Below are positions 35,603-45,013 of a DNA stretch of 64,000 nucleotides, piece by piece; position 1 is the first letter of the stretch, and each line of letters opens with the position of its first letter. Location of the stretch: contig QZLB01000125.1 of the NCBI GenBank assembly GCA_004796425.1, positions 6,834-70,833 of the forward strand. The letters are read 5' to 3'. The DNA comes from Desulfobulbaceae bacterium. GTDB lineage: Bacteria > Desulfobacterota > Desulfobulbia > Desulfobulbales > Desulfocapsaceae. Position numbers and translations under genes: made by a program. The notes under the pieces were generated by a model. The model ran no database searches and was not told the origin of the DNA. It worked only from the letters and a program-made list of their open reading frames with translations.

Positions 35603-36685
35603 CTATCCATACTCGTTTTGGGGCTTGGTTCCGCCCATTTTATAGGATTCGTAAGTATTAGTCAGTCCACTTTTCAAATTAATACTAGGTTTCCAGCCTA
35701 ATAATGCTGACTTTGATGAATCAAGAAGCTTGTGAGATGCGCCATCAGGTTTTGTGTCATCATAGATAACATCTCCTCGGAAGCCAACAACATTCGATAT
35801 AAGATCTGCCACTTCCTTGATCGTAATATCAGAACCATAACCGATATTTATATATGACAGATGATCATTAGAAAAATAAAATGGATCAACATGCATCATA
35901 TGAAGGCAAGCTTGAGCCATGTCATCCACGTGAAGAAATTCCCTACGAGGCGCACCTGTTCCCCATAAGATAACTTTTGGTGTGAAAGTTCGGTCAAGCA
36001 CACCTGTACCTGCCACGTAGCCAATAGCACGGCACGTATCTTCTGGGATTGGGCCATACAACGCTTGATCTCTCTGAATACCTTTTAAGTCTCCCTCATA
36101 TGCCAATTTCGCCAAATGGAATTTTCGAATCATCGCAGGAATCACGTGACAGTTTTCCAATTGATAATTATCTCCTGGACCATAAAGATTTGTCGGCATG
36201 ACTGAAAAATAACAGGTACCATATTGGCGATTGTACGATTCGCACATTATCAACCCTGCGATTTTGGCAACAGCATATGGTGCATTCGTCGGTTCAAGCT
36301 TGCCGGTAAGAAGATGAGTCTCTTGTATGGGCTGGGGACAAAATTTTGGATAAATGCATGAGCTTCCCAAAAAAAGTAAGTTATTAACTCCCGCTTTCCA
36401 TGCCTGATGAATAACATTTGATTGGATCGACAAATTACTATAAATGAATTCAGCAGGATACGCACTATTGGCATATATTCCGCCTACCTTTGCCGCAGCA
36501 AGAATTACTCGATCTATTCGATTATTGGAAAAAAAATTCTGGACCGCCTGTTGATCGGTAAGATCTAATTCCGCTCTAGAAGGAGCGAGGATATTTTGAT
36601 ACTTTCGTTTTTTGAGAAGTCGTATAATGGCTGAACCTACCATCCCTCGATTTCCAGCAACAAATATATATTCTTGTTTATTCAT
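35603..36685 (-). CDS. fcl: GDP-L-fucose synthase (GDP-4-keto-6-deoxymannose 3,5-epimerase/4-reductase)
   Basis: VAGNRGMVGSAI, ELDLTDQQAV, AAKVGGI.AN..YPAEFIY.N, GSSCIYPK and PYAVAKIAG are collinear with Fcl/WcaG. Start at MNKQ with a GGTGA SD. Confidence 0.85.
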   Translation of the reverse strand: MNKQEYIFVAGNRGMVGSAIIRLLKKRKYQNILAPSRAELDLTDQQAVQNFFSNNRIDRVILAAAKVGGIYANSAYPAEFIYSNLSIQSNVIHQAWKAGVNNLLFLGSSCIYPKFCPQPIQETHLLTGKLEPTNAPYAVAKIAGLIMCESYNRQYGTCYFSVMPTNLYGPGDNYQLENCHVIPAMIRKFHLAKLAYEGDLKGIQRDQALYGPIPEDTCRAIGYVAGTGVLDRTFTPKVILWGTGAPRREFLHVDDMAQACLHMMHVDPFYFSNDHLSYINIGYGSDITIKEVADLISNVVGFRGDVIYDDTKPDGASHKLLDSSKSALLGWKPSINLKSGLTNTYESYKMGGTKPQNEYG

Positions 36686-37022
36686 AAGAACTGTCACCTA
36701 TTTATGACTGGTATTGATAAAGAGATCTCATGCCACCCTGCCTTCCTTTGTCTCTTCAGAACTCTGGCCCGGAAATGAGTCCACTCATGAATATTTCAAA
36801 ATATGAGTAAATTAAGTTTGAAATTGATGCTTCAACACCCAATTTTTGATCAATGAGCGTGCCTAACCCTATCCAACACATATGATTTTAGCTACCAGGT
36901 AATCCTCGTTAGATTGGCACAACTTCCCGCCAATATGATATACCTGAAACAGAAAGAAAGATAAGGTACACCTGTCTAATATAAACAAAAAGACCATACA
37001 ACATTTCTAAACGTTCTCTCTT

Positions 37023-38231
37023 TCACTCTTCAATTTCGGGAACCATCCCCAAAAGCAAATGCAAAAACCAACTGGTATGGGGATGCAGCAGTCCGTCAAA
37101 TACCTGCAGGTGTAATAGTCCACCGGTAAGTGGAATCCACAAGGCAAGTGGCATATAAGAATCACACTGCTGCCCCCGTACAACAAATTTCGACAAACGT
37201 AGGTAGAGCAGAATCACTGAACAGCTGTAAATGATCGTAAACGGGAATCCCAGGTCACAAAGAAACGTGAAGAACTGATTTTCAGAAGATCTGTTTTCTT
37301 CGGGAATGACTGCTGCAAAGGTCTCTTTTTCTAGATACGGGTACACAATAGTGTAATCTTCAAGATACTCAGATCGGGGAGCAACAAGCCCGATCCCCAG
37401 CAACGGATTTTTCTGTGCAATATGGTAGGAGAAGAAGACATTCTCGACACGAACCCAGATAGAGATGCTTTCTTTTTTGAAAAAATAGTCAGGCAGTTTG
37501 TATGTTTGAAACAGACCGGTGAGCAAAACCGCTGCGGCAACCAAAATCAGCAAAACCCGCCGCCTCATCCTGAACTGGAACCATAATCCCAGAAACAACA
37601 ATAATGGCGGAAACCAGATCATCGGATCAAAACTCAGTGAGATGACCATAGTGGACAAAACAAGATAGCATGCCCCAAGTATTACAGAACTTTTTTTCTC
37701 TTCAAACAAGAGCTGCATGGGTCCATAGGAGAGCAGCAAAATCAGCCCATTTAAGACATGCTTGTGCATGCCGGTCATGACCCGCACATCGTCATGCAAA
37801 ATATATCCAACAAAACTCATTACCAATAAATACGATAACAGCAACAAACAGAGTCGTCCGAATAATTGGCGGGAAAACCGTTCTGCAAGAAGCCATCGGC
37901 CACACCAGAAACCGCCCAGGCCGGAAGAGATGAGACTGAACCCACGCCACAAAGAAGAGGACGGGGTTGTGCTGCCAAAACCGCTCAAAATGCACAGGGC
38001 CGACAGGACCATACAGATTATCCAGGGTGTGGTAAGAGAAAGTCTGTCTCTTTTAATGATCAGCAGACTAAGCAGCACCGCCCCGCAGACCAGAGATGAA
38101 AATATTTTTGTTCGCTCACCGATTATGATACTGATGTGCGGAATTTGAGTTGCCAGATGAATGCATGCCACGCTGAAGAAGAGCAGTAACCATCTATCGC
38201 TCACCTCATGCTTGAAAAATGTACTCAGCAT
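37023..38231 (-). CDS. Wzy_C-type membrane protein (O-antigen ligase/polymerase or O-oligosaccharyltransferase-like)
   Basis: About 10 TM helices. The periplasmic loop with IWVRVENVFFSYHIAQKNPLLGIGL resembles the Wzy_C signature (..W......hPllGvGl). Confidence 0.6.
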   Translation of the reverse strand: MLSTFFKHEVSDRWLLLFFSVACIHLATQIPHISIIIGERTKIFSSLVCGAVLLSLLIIKRDRLSLTTPWIICMVLSALCILSGFGSTTPSSSLWRGFSLISSGLGGFWCGRWLLAERFSRQLFGRLCLLLLSYLLVMSFVGYILHDDVRVMTGMHKHVLNGLILLLSYGPMQLLFEEKKSSVILGACYLVLSTMVISLSFDPMIWFPPLLLFLGLWFQFRMRRRVLLILVAAAVLLTGLFQTYKLPDYFFKKESISIWVRVENVFFSYHIAQKNPLLGIGLVAPRSEYLEDYTIVYPYLEKETFAAVIPEENRSSENQFFTFLCDLGFPFTIIYSCSVILLYLRLSKFVVRGQQCDSYMPLALWIPLTGGLLHLQVFDGLLHPHTSWFLHLLLGMVPEIEE

Positions 38232-38322
38232 ACCATCCTCCGCTTCTCTTCTCCCTGGACCTCGATTCTTAGTTCACCAACCCGTCATTTTTCCATCCAG
38301 ATAGCCCCTCTGGTATTCAGGA

Positions 38323-39996
38323 TCACTGATCCGTGCGAAAGCTGATGATTCGATATTCACCATACCTGAATACCGGTTTAAATATATCGGTATCCAGGAG
38401 GGCAAATGATCGGTGGTTTTGATAGAGCGTTTGTATCAGGGAGTTGAATGGCTCAAAATATACCCCTTGTCTATATACCGATTCTTCCGCAAAATCACTC
38501 TCTCTGACCACCAGGTATGAAATACCGTTATTCCTGCAAAACGAGATGATTTTATCGGGATTATCTCCATAATAAGCTGCAAAAAAATCATTTGTTCTCT
38601 GTTTGATTGTCGACCAGTATTGTAGGTACCATGGATGCGACAACTCGTAACTCAAAAACACCTTTCGCCTGGCAAATGTCATCACATTGTCCATCACTTC
38701 AGGATGTCCTGCGATAAGCGTATCAGTTGGAGACTGCTCAAAAAATTCATACAGCGATTGCTGATCCTGATAATCAGAGATTGCGATGGAGTGAAGACGC
38801 CCAGCACCGCACAACAGGAGCACACCAAGCACCAGACAAAAGAATATCCTGGGTATTCGAGCTAACACAGCGCCGCCGATGAGCCCCAGAAAAATGCAGT
38901 AAACGATCGTCAGCGGGTACTCAAGATATCGTTCAGGTAAAAAAAGCTGGAGCAGGAAAATTCGGGCGAGCATATACAAAACAAGCGATGCTGCCAACAG
39001 GTAGTGCAGGGTATTCATCCTTCTCAAGGCAGCGGGGATCATGCTTCTGTTTGCTCCCCTGATAACAAGAGCGCAATAAAGCACCACTCCGATAATCGTG
39101 GCCAGAACACTGAAAAAACCAAACGGCGGATATTTGAGAAACGGTCGAACAAATTCGTATGGTAGTGGCCGGAGGGGAAGAATCTCATATCTCCCCAGTG
39201 CTGTAAATTCAGGCTGTCCCTCCATATCAGCCAGTGACGCGACTGGGCCGATCTCAAGTGATTGTGCCACTGTATAACGAAAGATGAGTAGACATAAGCC
39301 GATTGCAGCGGGAATCAGTGATAACACATAGTTCCCATACGGGCGGGAAAAAAAAGCAGTCCCTGTATAGTGTACCGTAGGATTTCTATTTTTTATCGTC
39401 GGAAACCCTGCCAGAATATGCGTAAAAAAACCGATCAGAAAAAGATACGGGTTAACAAGTGATTGAGCCAGCAGTACCAGCCCCGCCTCCGAGTATTTTT
39501 TGCGCAGCAGAAGATAAAGATAGGCGAGCAACAGTGGGAAGACAAATCCTCGTGAAAGGCCACCGGAGATAGAGCCAAGCGAGTTGCCAAAATAGAAAAA
39601 AATCGCCAGTGTCATCAAGCCAGAACGTCGATCTGCGACCTCATGTACAATAGCATACATCAATGATGATGCTGCGATAAATAGAATTGCCGTTAACACT
39701 TTGCTGAACAGTATCGGCTCCATGATAGAAGCCGCGACCCAATAAAGAAATTGTACTCCCCAAGGAACATAGCTTTTGGCATAATCAGAGAGCAGATGAT
39801 CCTGAAAAAGGGAGGAATCCCGGTATTGTTGCATCCAGTAGATCTGCTGTCTTACATCATCATTTATCGTATAGGTCGAGGTAAGCGACCCGATATGTGC
39901 CAGACAATAGATCGCCAGCGGGATGATCGCAACCAACAACAGGGCACGGTCTGAATGCATCGAATCTGTTTTCAAATGAACCCCAGGAGAAGCCAT
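38323..39996 (-). CDS. Polytopic membrane protein, GT-C-fold glycosyltransferase-like, with a C-terminal soluble domain
   Basis: More than 10 TM helices, an acidic first-loop motif (TINDDVRQQIYW), and a ~150-aa hydrophilic C-terminus. No precise family recognised. Confidence 0.5.
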   Translation of the reverse strand: MASPGVHLKTDSMHSDRALLLVAIIPLAIYCLAHIGSLTSTYTINDDVRQQIYWMQQYRDSSLFQDHLLSDYAKSYVPWGVQFLYWVAASIMEPILFSKVLTAILFIAASSLMYAIVHEVADRRSGLMTLAIFFYFGNSLGSISGGLSRGFVFPLLLAYLYLLLRKKYSEAGLVLLAQSLVNPYLFLIGFFTHILAGFPTIKNRNPTVHYTGTAFFSRPYGNYVLSLIPAAIGLCLLIFRYTVAQSLEIGPVASLADMEGQPEFTALGRYEILPLRPLPYEFVRPFLKYPPFGFFSVLATIIGVVLYCALVIRGANRSMIPAALRRMNTLHYLLAASLVLYMLARIFLLQLFLPERYLEYPLTIVYCIFLGLIGGAVLARIPRIFFCLVLGVLLLCGAGRLHSIAISDYQDQQSLYEFFEQSPTDTLIAGHPEVMDNVMTFARRKVFLSYELSHPWYLQYWSTIKQRTNDFFAAYYGDNPDKIISFCRNNGISYLVVRESDFAEESVYRQGVYFEPFNSLIQTLYQNHRSFALLDTDIFKPVFRYGEYRIISFRTDQ

Positions 39997-40122
39997 GGAG
40001 CAATTCCTTTACTCATAAGATTTTCTGCCGAATTCACTGATATTTATCATATGGTTTTGTAAAATGTTATAGTTTCCTTTAAAAAGTAGGTTCGACGGAA
40101 AAATACAGACCTTCATAACCCC

Positions 40123-41799
40123 ATGACCTCTGGCCGGCTCTCCACATTATTGCCCCTTACCCTGCTCCTGCTGCTGTGGTCAGTTATCATTGTCGTTATT
40201 AATCCGATTGGTGAATTCATGATTAATGATGACTGGTCATTCACTCTGGTGGTGGAGGATCTGCTTACCAATAAAACGTTCACAACTACCGGCTGGGCAG
40301 GGGGGCCAGCTGCACTGGTTCATATACTCTGGGGAACACTCTGGTCGTTAATCTTCGGCTTTTCGGTTTCAGCACTGCGGTGCGCGACACTTTTTCTGGC
40401 AATTTGCACATCCATTGCACTTCTCATTCTGCTTAAAGATCGTTTTCGATCAAGTTGGATTGTGCTGCTTTATACCCTGACCCTCACCGTGAATCCGCTG
40501 TTTCTTTCCCAAAGTTTCACTTTTATGACTGACATCACTTTTGTTGCCATGGTAGTGGTGGCACTGTTATTCATTTCATGGGGAATTGAGAAAAACCATT
40601 ACCCCCTGCTTATTACCGGCTTTTTTTTCTCATTGCTGGCAACGCTTACCCGTCAATTGGGCCTGGCCATTCCGCTGGCTTTTCTGGTAACAGTATTTCT
40701 CCATCCCCCGCTTAAAACCATGAGCAGAAGGCACCTTTCACTGGTTGCGGTGCTTGTTGGAATCGTACCATGGTTGAGTTGTGAGCTCTGGCTTGCAACG
40801 CTGGAAACCTCTGTGGCAAACCATCCGGTTGTGCAAAGAATCTTCGCCTATCCAGTGGAGAAGGGAGTCTTTGATTATGGTATCTTTCTGTTGTCCCAAG
40901 CAGGGGTCATCTGGTTGTATTGCGGATTTTTTCTTTCCCCCCTGCTCATCATCCACCAAAACAAATTACGCTCAATTCACCCTCTTCGAAAACTCATAAT
41001 CCTGATCACGTTCTTCTTTTGCCTGTTTGAACTTGCCATAATCCTGGGATACATCAGCCCGCCAACAGGGTTCTATAAAAATATCATCTACAATTTCGGC
41101 ATTGGTCCCATTCTGTTAAAGGACAACTACCTGCTTGGTATCACCCGAAACGTCTCTCTTCCACCCCCGATTTTCTATATGGTTATCTGGTATGCAACCA
41201 TCTCGGCCCTGGCTTTGGGATACTTGCTGGTTCGCTCAATTCGTCAACTGATTGTCACGGTTCCCCCTAATCATGCCACCGGATTGTCATTTCGCGGGCT
41301 TCTCTGTTTGATCTGTTTGATAATCTATAGTGGAACCATCCTGCTCACCGGTTTTCATGACCGATACCTGATCCCCCTGATGGTATTCCTAATTGTCTGG
41401 CTGGCCGATCACCAGACCCCGTCCTTTGAAGCGCAAAAGAGCATGCTGATCGCGACCTCAATAGTTTTATTTATCGGATTGTTGAGTACGCTCAGTATCA
41501 GGGACTTTATGACGATCAAGCATAGTCAGTATCAGGCAACCCACGATATCTTAAACGAGCGGGATCTCTCCCCCTGTGAGATAGACGGTGGTTTTGAACA
41601 TAATGGGTATCACTGCTCAAACCAGAAAAAACCTACCGTGACTGGGACCTACAGCTGGTGGTGGGTGACGCAGGAAAAATATCTGGTAAGCCTTGGACCC
41701 ATGGCCGATTACCACGTTGTTCATCAGGTTCCCTACCGCCTGATCCTTGGATATGATGGGGCCATACACATTCTTCAACCAATCAATCCGGGTAAATAG
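40123..41799 (+). CDS. GT-C glycosyltransferase, ArnT/PMT (GT39/GT83)-like
   Basis: The first periplasmic loop motif (GEFMINDDWSF) follows TM1. About 12 TM helices with the typical FSLLATLTRQ loop and a C-terminal soluble domain. Confidence 0.6.
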   Translation: MTSGRLSTLLPLTLLLLLWSVIIVVINPIGEFMINDDWSFTLVVEDLLTNKTFTTTGWAGGPAALVHILWGTLWSLIFGFSVSALRCATLFLAICTSIALLILLKDRFRSSWIVLLYTLTLTVNPLFLSQSFTFMTDITFVAMVVVALLFISWGIEKNHYPLLITGFFFSLLATLTRQLGLAIPLAFLVTVFLHPPLKTMSRRHLSLVAVLVGIVPWLSCELWLATLETSVANHPVVQRIFAYPVEKGVFDYGIFLLSQAGVIWLYCGFFLSPLLIIHQNKLRSIHPLRKLIILITFFFCLFELAIILGYISPPTGFYKNIIYNFGIGPILLKDNYLLGITRNVSLPPPIFYMVIWYATISALALGYLLVRSIRQLIVTVPPNHATGLSFRGLLCLICLIIYSGTILLTGFHDRYLIPLMVFLIVWLADHQTPSFEAQKSMLIATSIVLFIGLLSTLSIRDFMTIKHSQYQATHDILNERDLSPCEIDGGFEHNGYHCSNQKKPTVTGTYSWWWVTQEKYLVSLGPMADYHVVHQVPYRLILGYDGAIHILQPINPGK

Positions 41800-41810
41800 A
41801 GACGATTCCA

Positions 41811-41854
41811 CCATCAGTATTTTCACCTTTTGCAAAAGTCTGCCCATCAGTATT
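41811..41854. repeat. Symmetric element: CCATCAGTATT - 5 nt - CTTTTGCAAAAG (palindrome) - 5 nt - CCATCAGTATT
   Basis: 11-nt direct repeats at 41811-41821 and 41844-41854 flank a perfect 12-bp palindrome at 41827-41838. It lies in the 294-nt gap between the GT-C and GT2 genes. Confidence 0.7.
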
Positions 41855-42093
41855 CAATTGTCTCACACTTACAGAGGATGAATGATCAACCCGGATATGT
41901 CTGCAACAAAAGAGGCCCATCATAGTTATTTTACTTGCCCTGAACGCTTTTATTAAATAGCATGGCCCTTTCGAGTTGAAGTGGTGAAACTTCCAAAAAA
42001 GCAATAAGATGCGTTCATCCCGGAGCGGAATTCCATCTGCTGAGATTGCTATGGTCCTCGCCAAACTGTGATGCAAACGCTGCAGAATCACCC

Positions 42094-42831
42094 ATGAAAC
42101 ACCACGACCAAAACTGGGCTGTAATTATCCCAATGGCCAATGAAGAAGCCGAGCTCACAACCCTGTGCACACTTCTGGCACAGGTTTTTACCGAACTGCA
42201 GTCCGGTAAGGCGTTTCTGGTCATCGATACCGTATCCACAGATAATACATTAGCCCTGGCGAAAACGTTTTCAGCGTCCGATTCACGATTTGAAGTGATC
42301 TGGGCACCTCAGAATAGATCAGTCGTTGATGCCTACACCAGGGGATACCGGGCCGCTTATGAAAATGGCTATGATTTGATTATTGAAATGGATGCGAATT
42401 TATCCCACGATCCTTTCACAATTCCGCTGTTTTTAGAAGCCCTTGATAAAGGCAATGAGTGTGTGTTCGGAAGCCGTTTTATCGAAGGTGGCAGCATGAA
42501 CGACAGCCCCCCGCTGAGAAAATTTCTGTCCTATTACGGTACCGTGATTGCAAATCGACTACTGGCAACGAAACTAACTGACATGACATCGGGATACCAG
42601 GGATTCCAACGTGAGGTTGTTGCGCGCATCCTTGAATACCGGTTGAAATCAACCGGTCACTTCTTTCAGACTGAAATTCGTTATTTATTGCGCAACAGGA
42701 CTTACAAAGAAGTCCCTATTCACTATCAGGCACCTTCTCCACGGATTTCTTTTTCATCACTTAAAAATGCCTGGTCGTGCCTCTGGTACTATTCCTGGCA
42801 ACAACTGAAAGGAAACAGGCCGGCTCTATGA
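42094..42831 (+). CDS. GT2 polyprenyl-phosphate glycosyltransferase (Dpm1/ArnC/GtrB-like)
   Basis: AVIIPMANEE, VIDTVSTDNT, IIEMDANLSHDP, FGSRF and the GYQGF motif are typical of dolichyl/undecaprenyl-phosphate sugar synthases. Start at MKHHDQNW. Confidence 0.8.
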   Translation: MKHHDQNWAVIIPMANEEAELTTLCTLLAQVFTELQSGKAFLVIDTVSTDNTLALAKTFSASDSRFEVIWAPQNRSVVDAYTRGYRAAYENGYDLIIEMDANLSHDPFTIPLFLEALDKGNECVFGSRFIEGGSMNDSPPLRKFLSYYGTVIANRLLATKLTDMTSGYQGFQREVVARILEYRLKSTGHFFQTEIRYLLRNRTYKEVPIHYQAPSPRISFSSLKNAWSCLWYYSWQQLKGNRPAL

Positions 42832-43865
42832 AAAAGTCAGCACTTGTCATAACTTCGATAAATTCTCCCGAATCATCGGCCCTTTGGGCCTATGGTTTTG
42901 AGTGCCGGCAACGAAATATCCCCTTTTATGTTATTGGTGACAGGAAAAGTCCGAACGATTTTCATTTGGCGGGCTGTGAGTACTGGCCACTTGAAAAACA
43001 GAGGGCGCTGAAATGCAGACTGGCTTCTCTGCTTCCGGAATCTCACTATGCAAGAAAAAACCTCGGCTATCTCATCGCTCTGAGAAATGGGGCCGAACTC
43101 ATCATCGAGACTGATGATGATAACTTCCCAAATGATAATTTTTGGGACACTTTTAACAAATCAGAAACCCTCAAAACCTGTACTATTTCTACGTCCGGCT
43201 GGACTAACGTCTATCAGTTTTTTTCCGATCGAGAGGTTTGGCCCCGGGGCTACCCTCTGGAAATGCTTAAGCAAAACGGGCTGAGCTTTCCTGAATGCGA
43301 TGAACAGACTGTTACCTGCCCGATACAACAGGGGCTCGCAGATAACAACCCAGATGTTGATGCGATTTTTAGACTCACCAGGCAACTACCACTTAATTTT
43401 CAAAAAAATATCAGCATCGCGCTCGGTCGTGGGGCATGGTCTCCATTTAACAGTCAAAACACCATCTGGTTTAAGTCAGTGGCACCGTTGATGTACCTTC
43501 CGTCGTACTGCAACTTCAGACTTAGTGACATCTGGAGAAGCTTCATTGCACAGAGAATCCTCTGGGTCAATGACTGGCATACGCTCTTTTTCTCACCAAC
43601 CGTTTACCAGCAAAGGAATCACCACGATCTTCTCGAAGATTTCAATGATGAGATACCCGGATATCTTCACAATCGAACCATTGCCAAAGAACTTGAGGAG
43701 CTGGAACTCAAACCGGGAACCCAAGCGTTATGTGCTAACCTGATTGCCTGTTATGAGCTGTTTATTGAGCATGGCTGGGTCGATCATCGAGAACGACAAC
43801 TGGTCGAAGCCTGGATCGAGGACATTGCCGATGACCCACCAACAGAGGGATCAGTAACGATATGA
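42828..43865 (+). CDS. DUF288/STELLO-like putative glycosyltransferase
   Basis: VITSINSP....(37 aa)....YVIGDRKSP and ARKNLGYLIALRNGAELIIETDDDNFP match my memory of the DUF288 signature (TTIN.PT; GD.KTP; RKNIGYLYAI..GA..I.D.DDDN). ATGA overlap with the GT2 gene. Confidence 0.55.
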   Translation: MKKSALVITSINSPESSALWAYGFECRQRNIPFYVIGDRKSPNDFHLAGCEYWPLEKQRALKCRLASLLPESHYARKNLGYLIALRNGAELIIETDDDNFPNDNFWDTFNKSETLKTCTISTSGWTNVYQFFSDREVWPRGYPLEMLKQNGLSFPECDEQTVTCPIQQGLADNNPDVDAIFRLTRQLPLNFQKNISIALGRGAWSPFNSQNTIWFKSVAPLMYLPSYCNFRLSDIWRSFIAQRILWVNDWHTLFFSPTVYQQRNHHDLLEDFNDEIPGYLHNRTIAKELEELELKPGTQALCANLIACYELFIEHGWVDHRERQLVEAWIEDIADDPPTEGSVTI

Positions 43866-44917
43866 ATTTGTTACGGATGAGCAAAAAAACGATTGGTGGA
43901 TTGAAGCGTGTGCTGATCTGGTCGGTTGTGATTCTTTTTTCAATTGAGGCTGTCAGTTTTATCATCCTACATGGTGCCCATGTGGTCGTTTATGGCAGGC
44001 TTCGGGATTACAACTATGTTTTCTATGATCCCTACACGGTTTTTCAAAGCCGAGGTGGACTGCGCAATACAATCAATCCCGGACCTGGCCCAGTTCAAAA
44101 AAAGCAAACGCATGTCTGGCTCTTTGGTGGGTCTACCATGCATGGTTACACGAAGCACGATGAACGAACCATCCCCTCTTATCTCTCGGCGCAGCTGAAT
44201 TCCCGCACCAACGGTACGCACTATGTACTAAAAAATTTTGGTGAACCGGCATTTAATTCGCTTCTTGAGGTTAAGTATTTTCAAAAAGCGATGATTGAAG
44301 AGGAACCCAAGCCTGATCTGGTCATTTTTTATGACGGTGCCAACGACTCGATCTTCCTCTCACAATACCGAGAGCCAAATGGTCACTATGGGATGAGGAG
44401 GATGAAAGCCCTTATCGAAAATTATCGAGACAGTTTCCTTGGTTTACTCAAACCCATAAATGCCTATTATCGCTCTTCTTTTACAAAAGAATTGTGGGAT
44501 AAAATAAACCAGGTGCTGGTACCCATTCGCCCGGATGACACGCTTCTTGGTGATTATCTATCGGAGTTGAAAATGCGTTATGGTTACCTGGCCCGAACCT
44601 GCCATGCCCACAACATCGATTTCGTTGTTGTCTGGCAACCAATAAAATGGTCACAACAGTGCAACAAGGAACACCGTGTTAAAGACTCTGTGCTTGAAGA
44701 TATTGGTAAATTTACGGCCATGAGTCATAATTACAGTCTGATATATGACCGGGTTACTGCTGATTTGGCCCCGCTACCATATTTCCATGACCTGTCCCAA
44801 GCAGGTTGTGATGGTCCTGATGAATTCTATCAAGCTGATGGTGTCCACCTTACCGATGAGGGCCGCGCCGCGATGGCGGACCACCTCGAGACGAAACTCA
44901 AAGATTATTTTTATTAG
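43862..44917 (+). CDS. SGNH/GDSL-type hydrolase or O-acyl esterase/transferase, N-terminally anchored
   Basis: SGNH blocks: I (LFGGSTMHG), III (FYDGANDS) and V (DGVHLTDEG). N-terminal TM helix. ATGA overlap with the upstream gene. Confidence 0.65.
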   Translation: MNLLRMSKKTIGGLKRVLIWSVVILFSIEAVSFIILHGAHVVVYGRLRDYNYVFYDPYTVFQSRGGLRNTINPGPGPVQKKQTHVWLFGGSTMHGYTKHDERTIPSYLSAQLNSRTNGTHYVLKNFGEPAFNSLLEVKYFQKAMIEEEPKPDLVIFYDGANDSIFLSQYREPNGHYGMRRMKALIENYRDSFLGLLKPINAYYRSSFTKELWDKINQVLVPIRPDDTLLGDYLSELKMRYGYLARTCHAHNIDFVVVWQPIKWSQQCNKEHRVKDSVLEDIGKFTAMSHNYSLIYDRVTADLAPLPYFHDLSQAGCDGPDEFYQADGVHLTDEGRAAMADHLETKLKDYFY

Positions 44918-45013
44918 CAACCGGCCTGTTCTGACCAGTCCCCTCTCGTTATTACATTGTAAATTATTTATTTTTTTTGATTTCTGGCCGATATTTCGAT
45001 AGGCTCAAAAGAG

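Noticed and set aside
36781-36810. An imperfect palindrome ACTCATGAATATTTCAAAATATGAGT about 100 nt upstream of fcl, superficially similar to the ATGAATA core of the 20-nt motif.
   Set aside because: The arms align only with an indel, and the similarity to the 20-nt motif is limited to 7-8 AT-rich bases. This is too weak to call.
41783-42239. Minus-strand ORFs 41783-42091 and 42015-42239 in the gap upstream of the GT2 gene.
   Set aside because: No SD and no motifs. They overlap the real start region of the GT2 gene and are probably non-coding.
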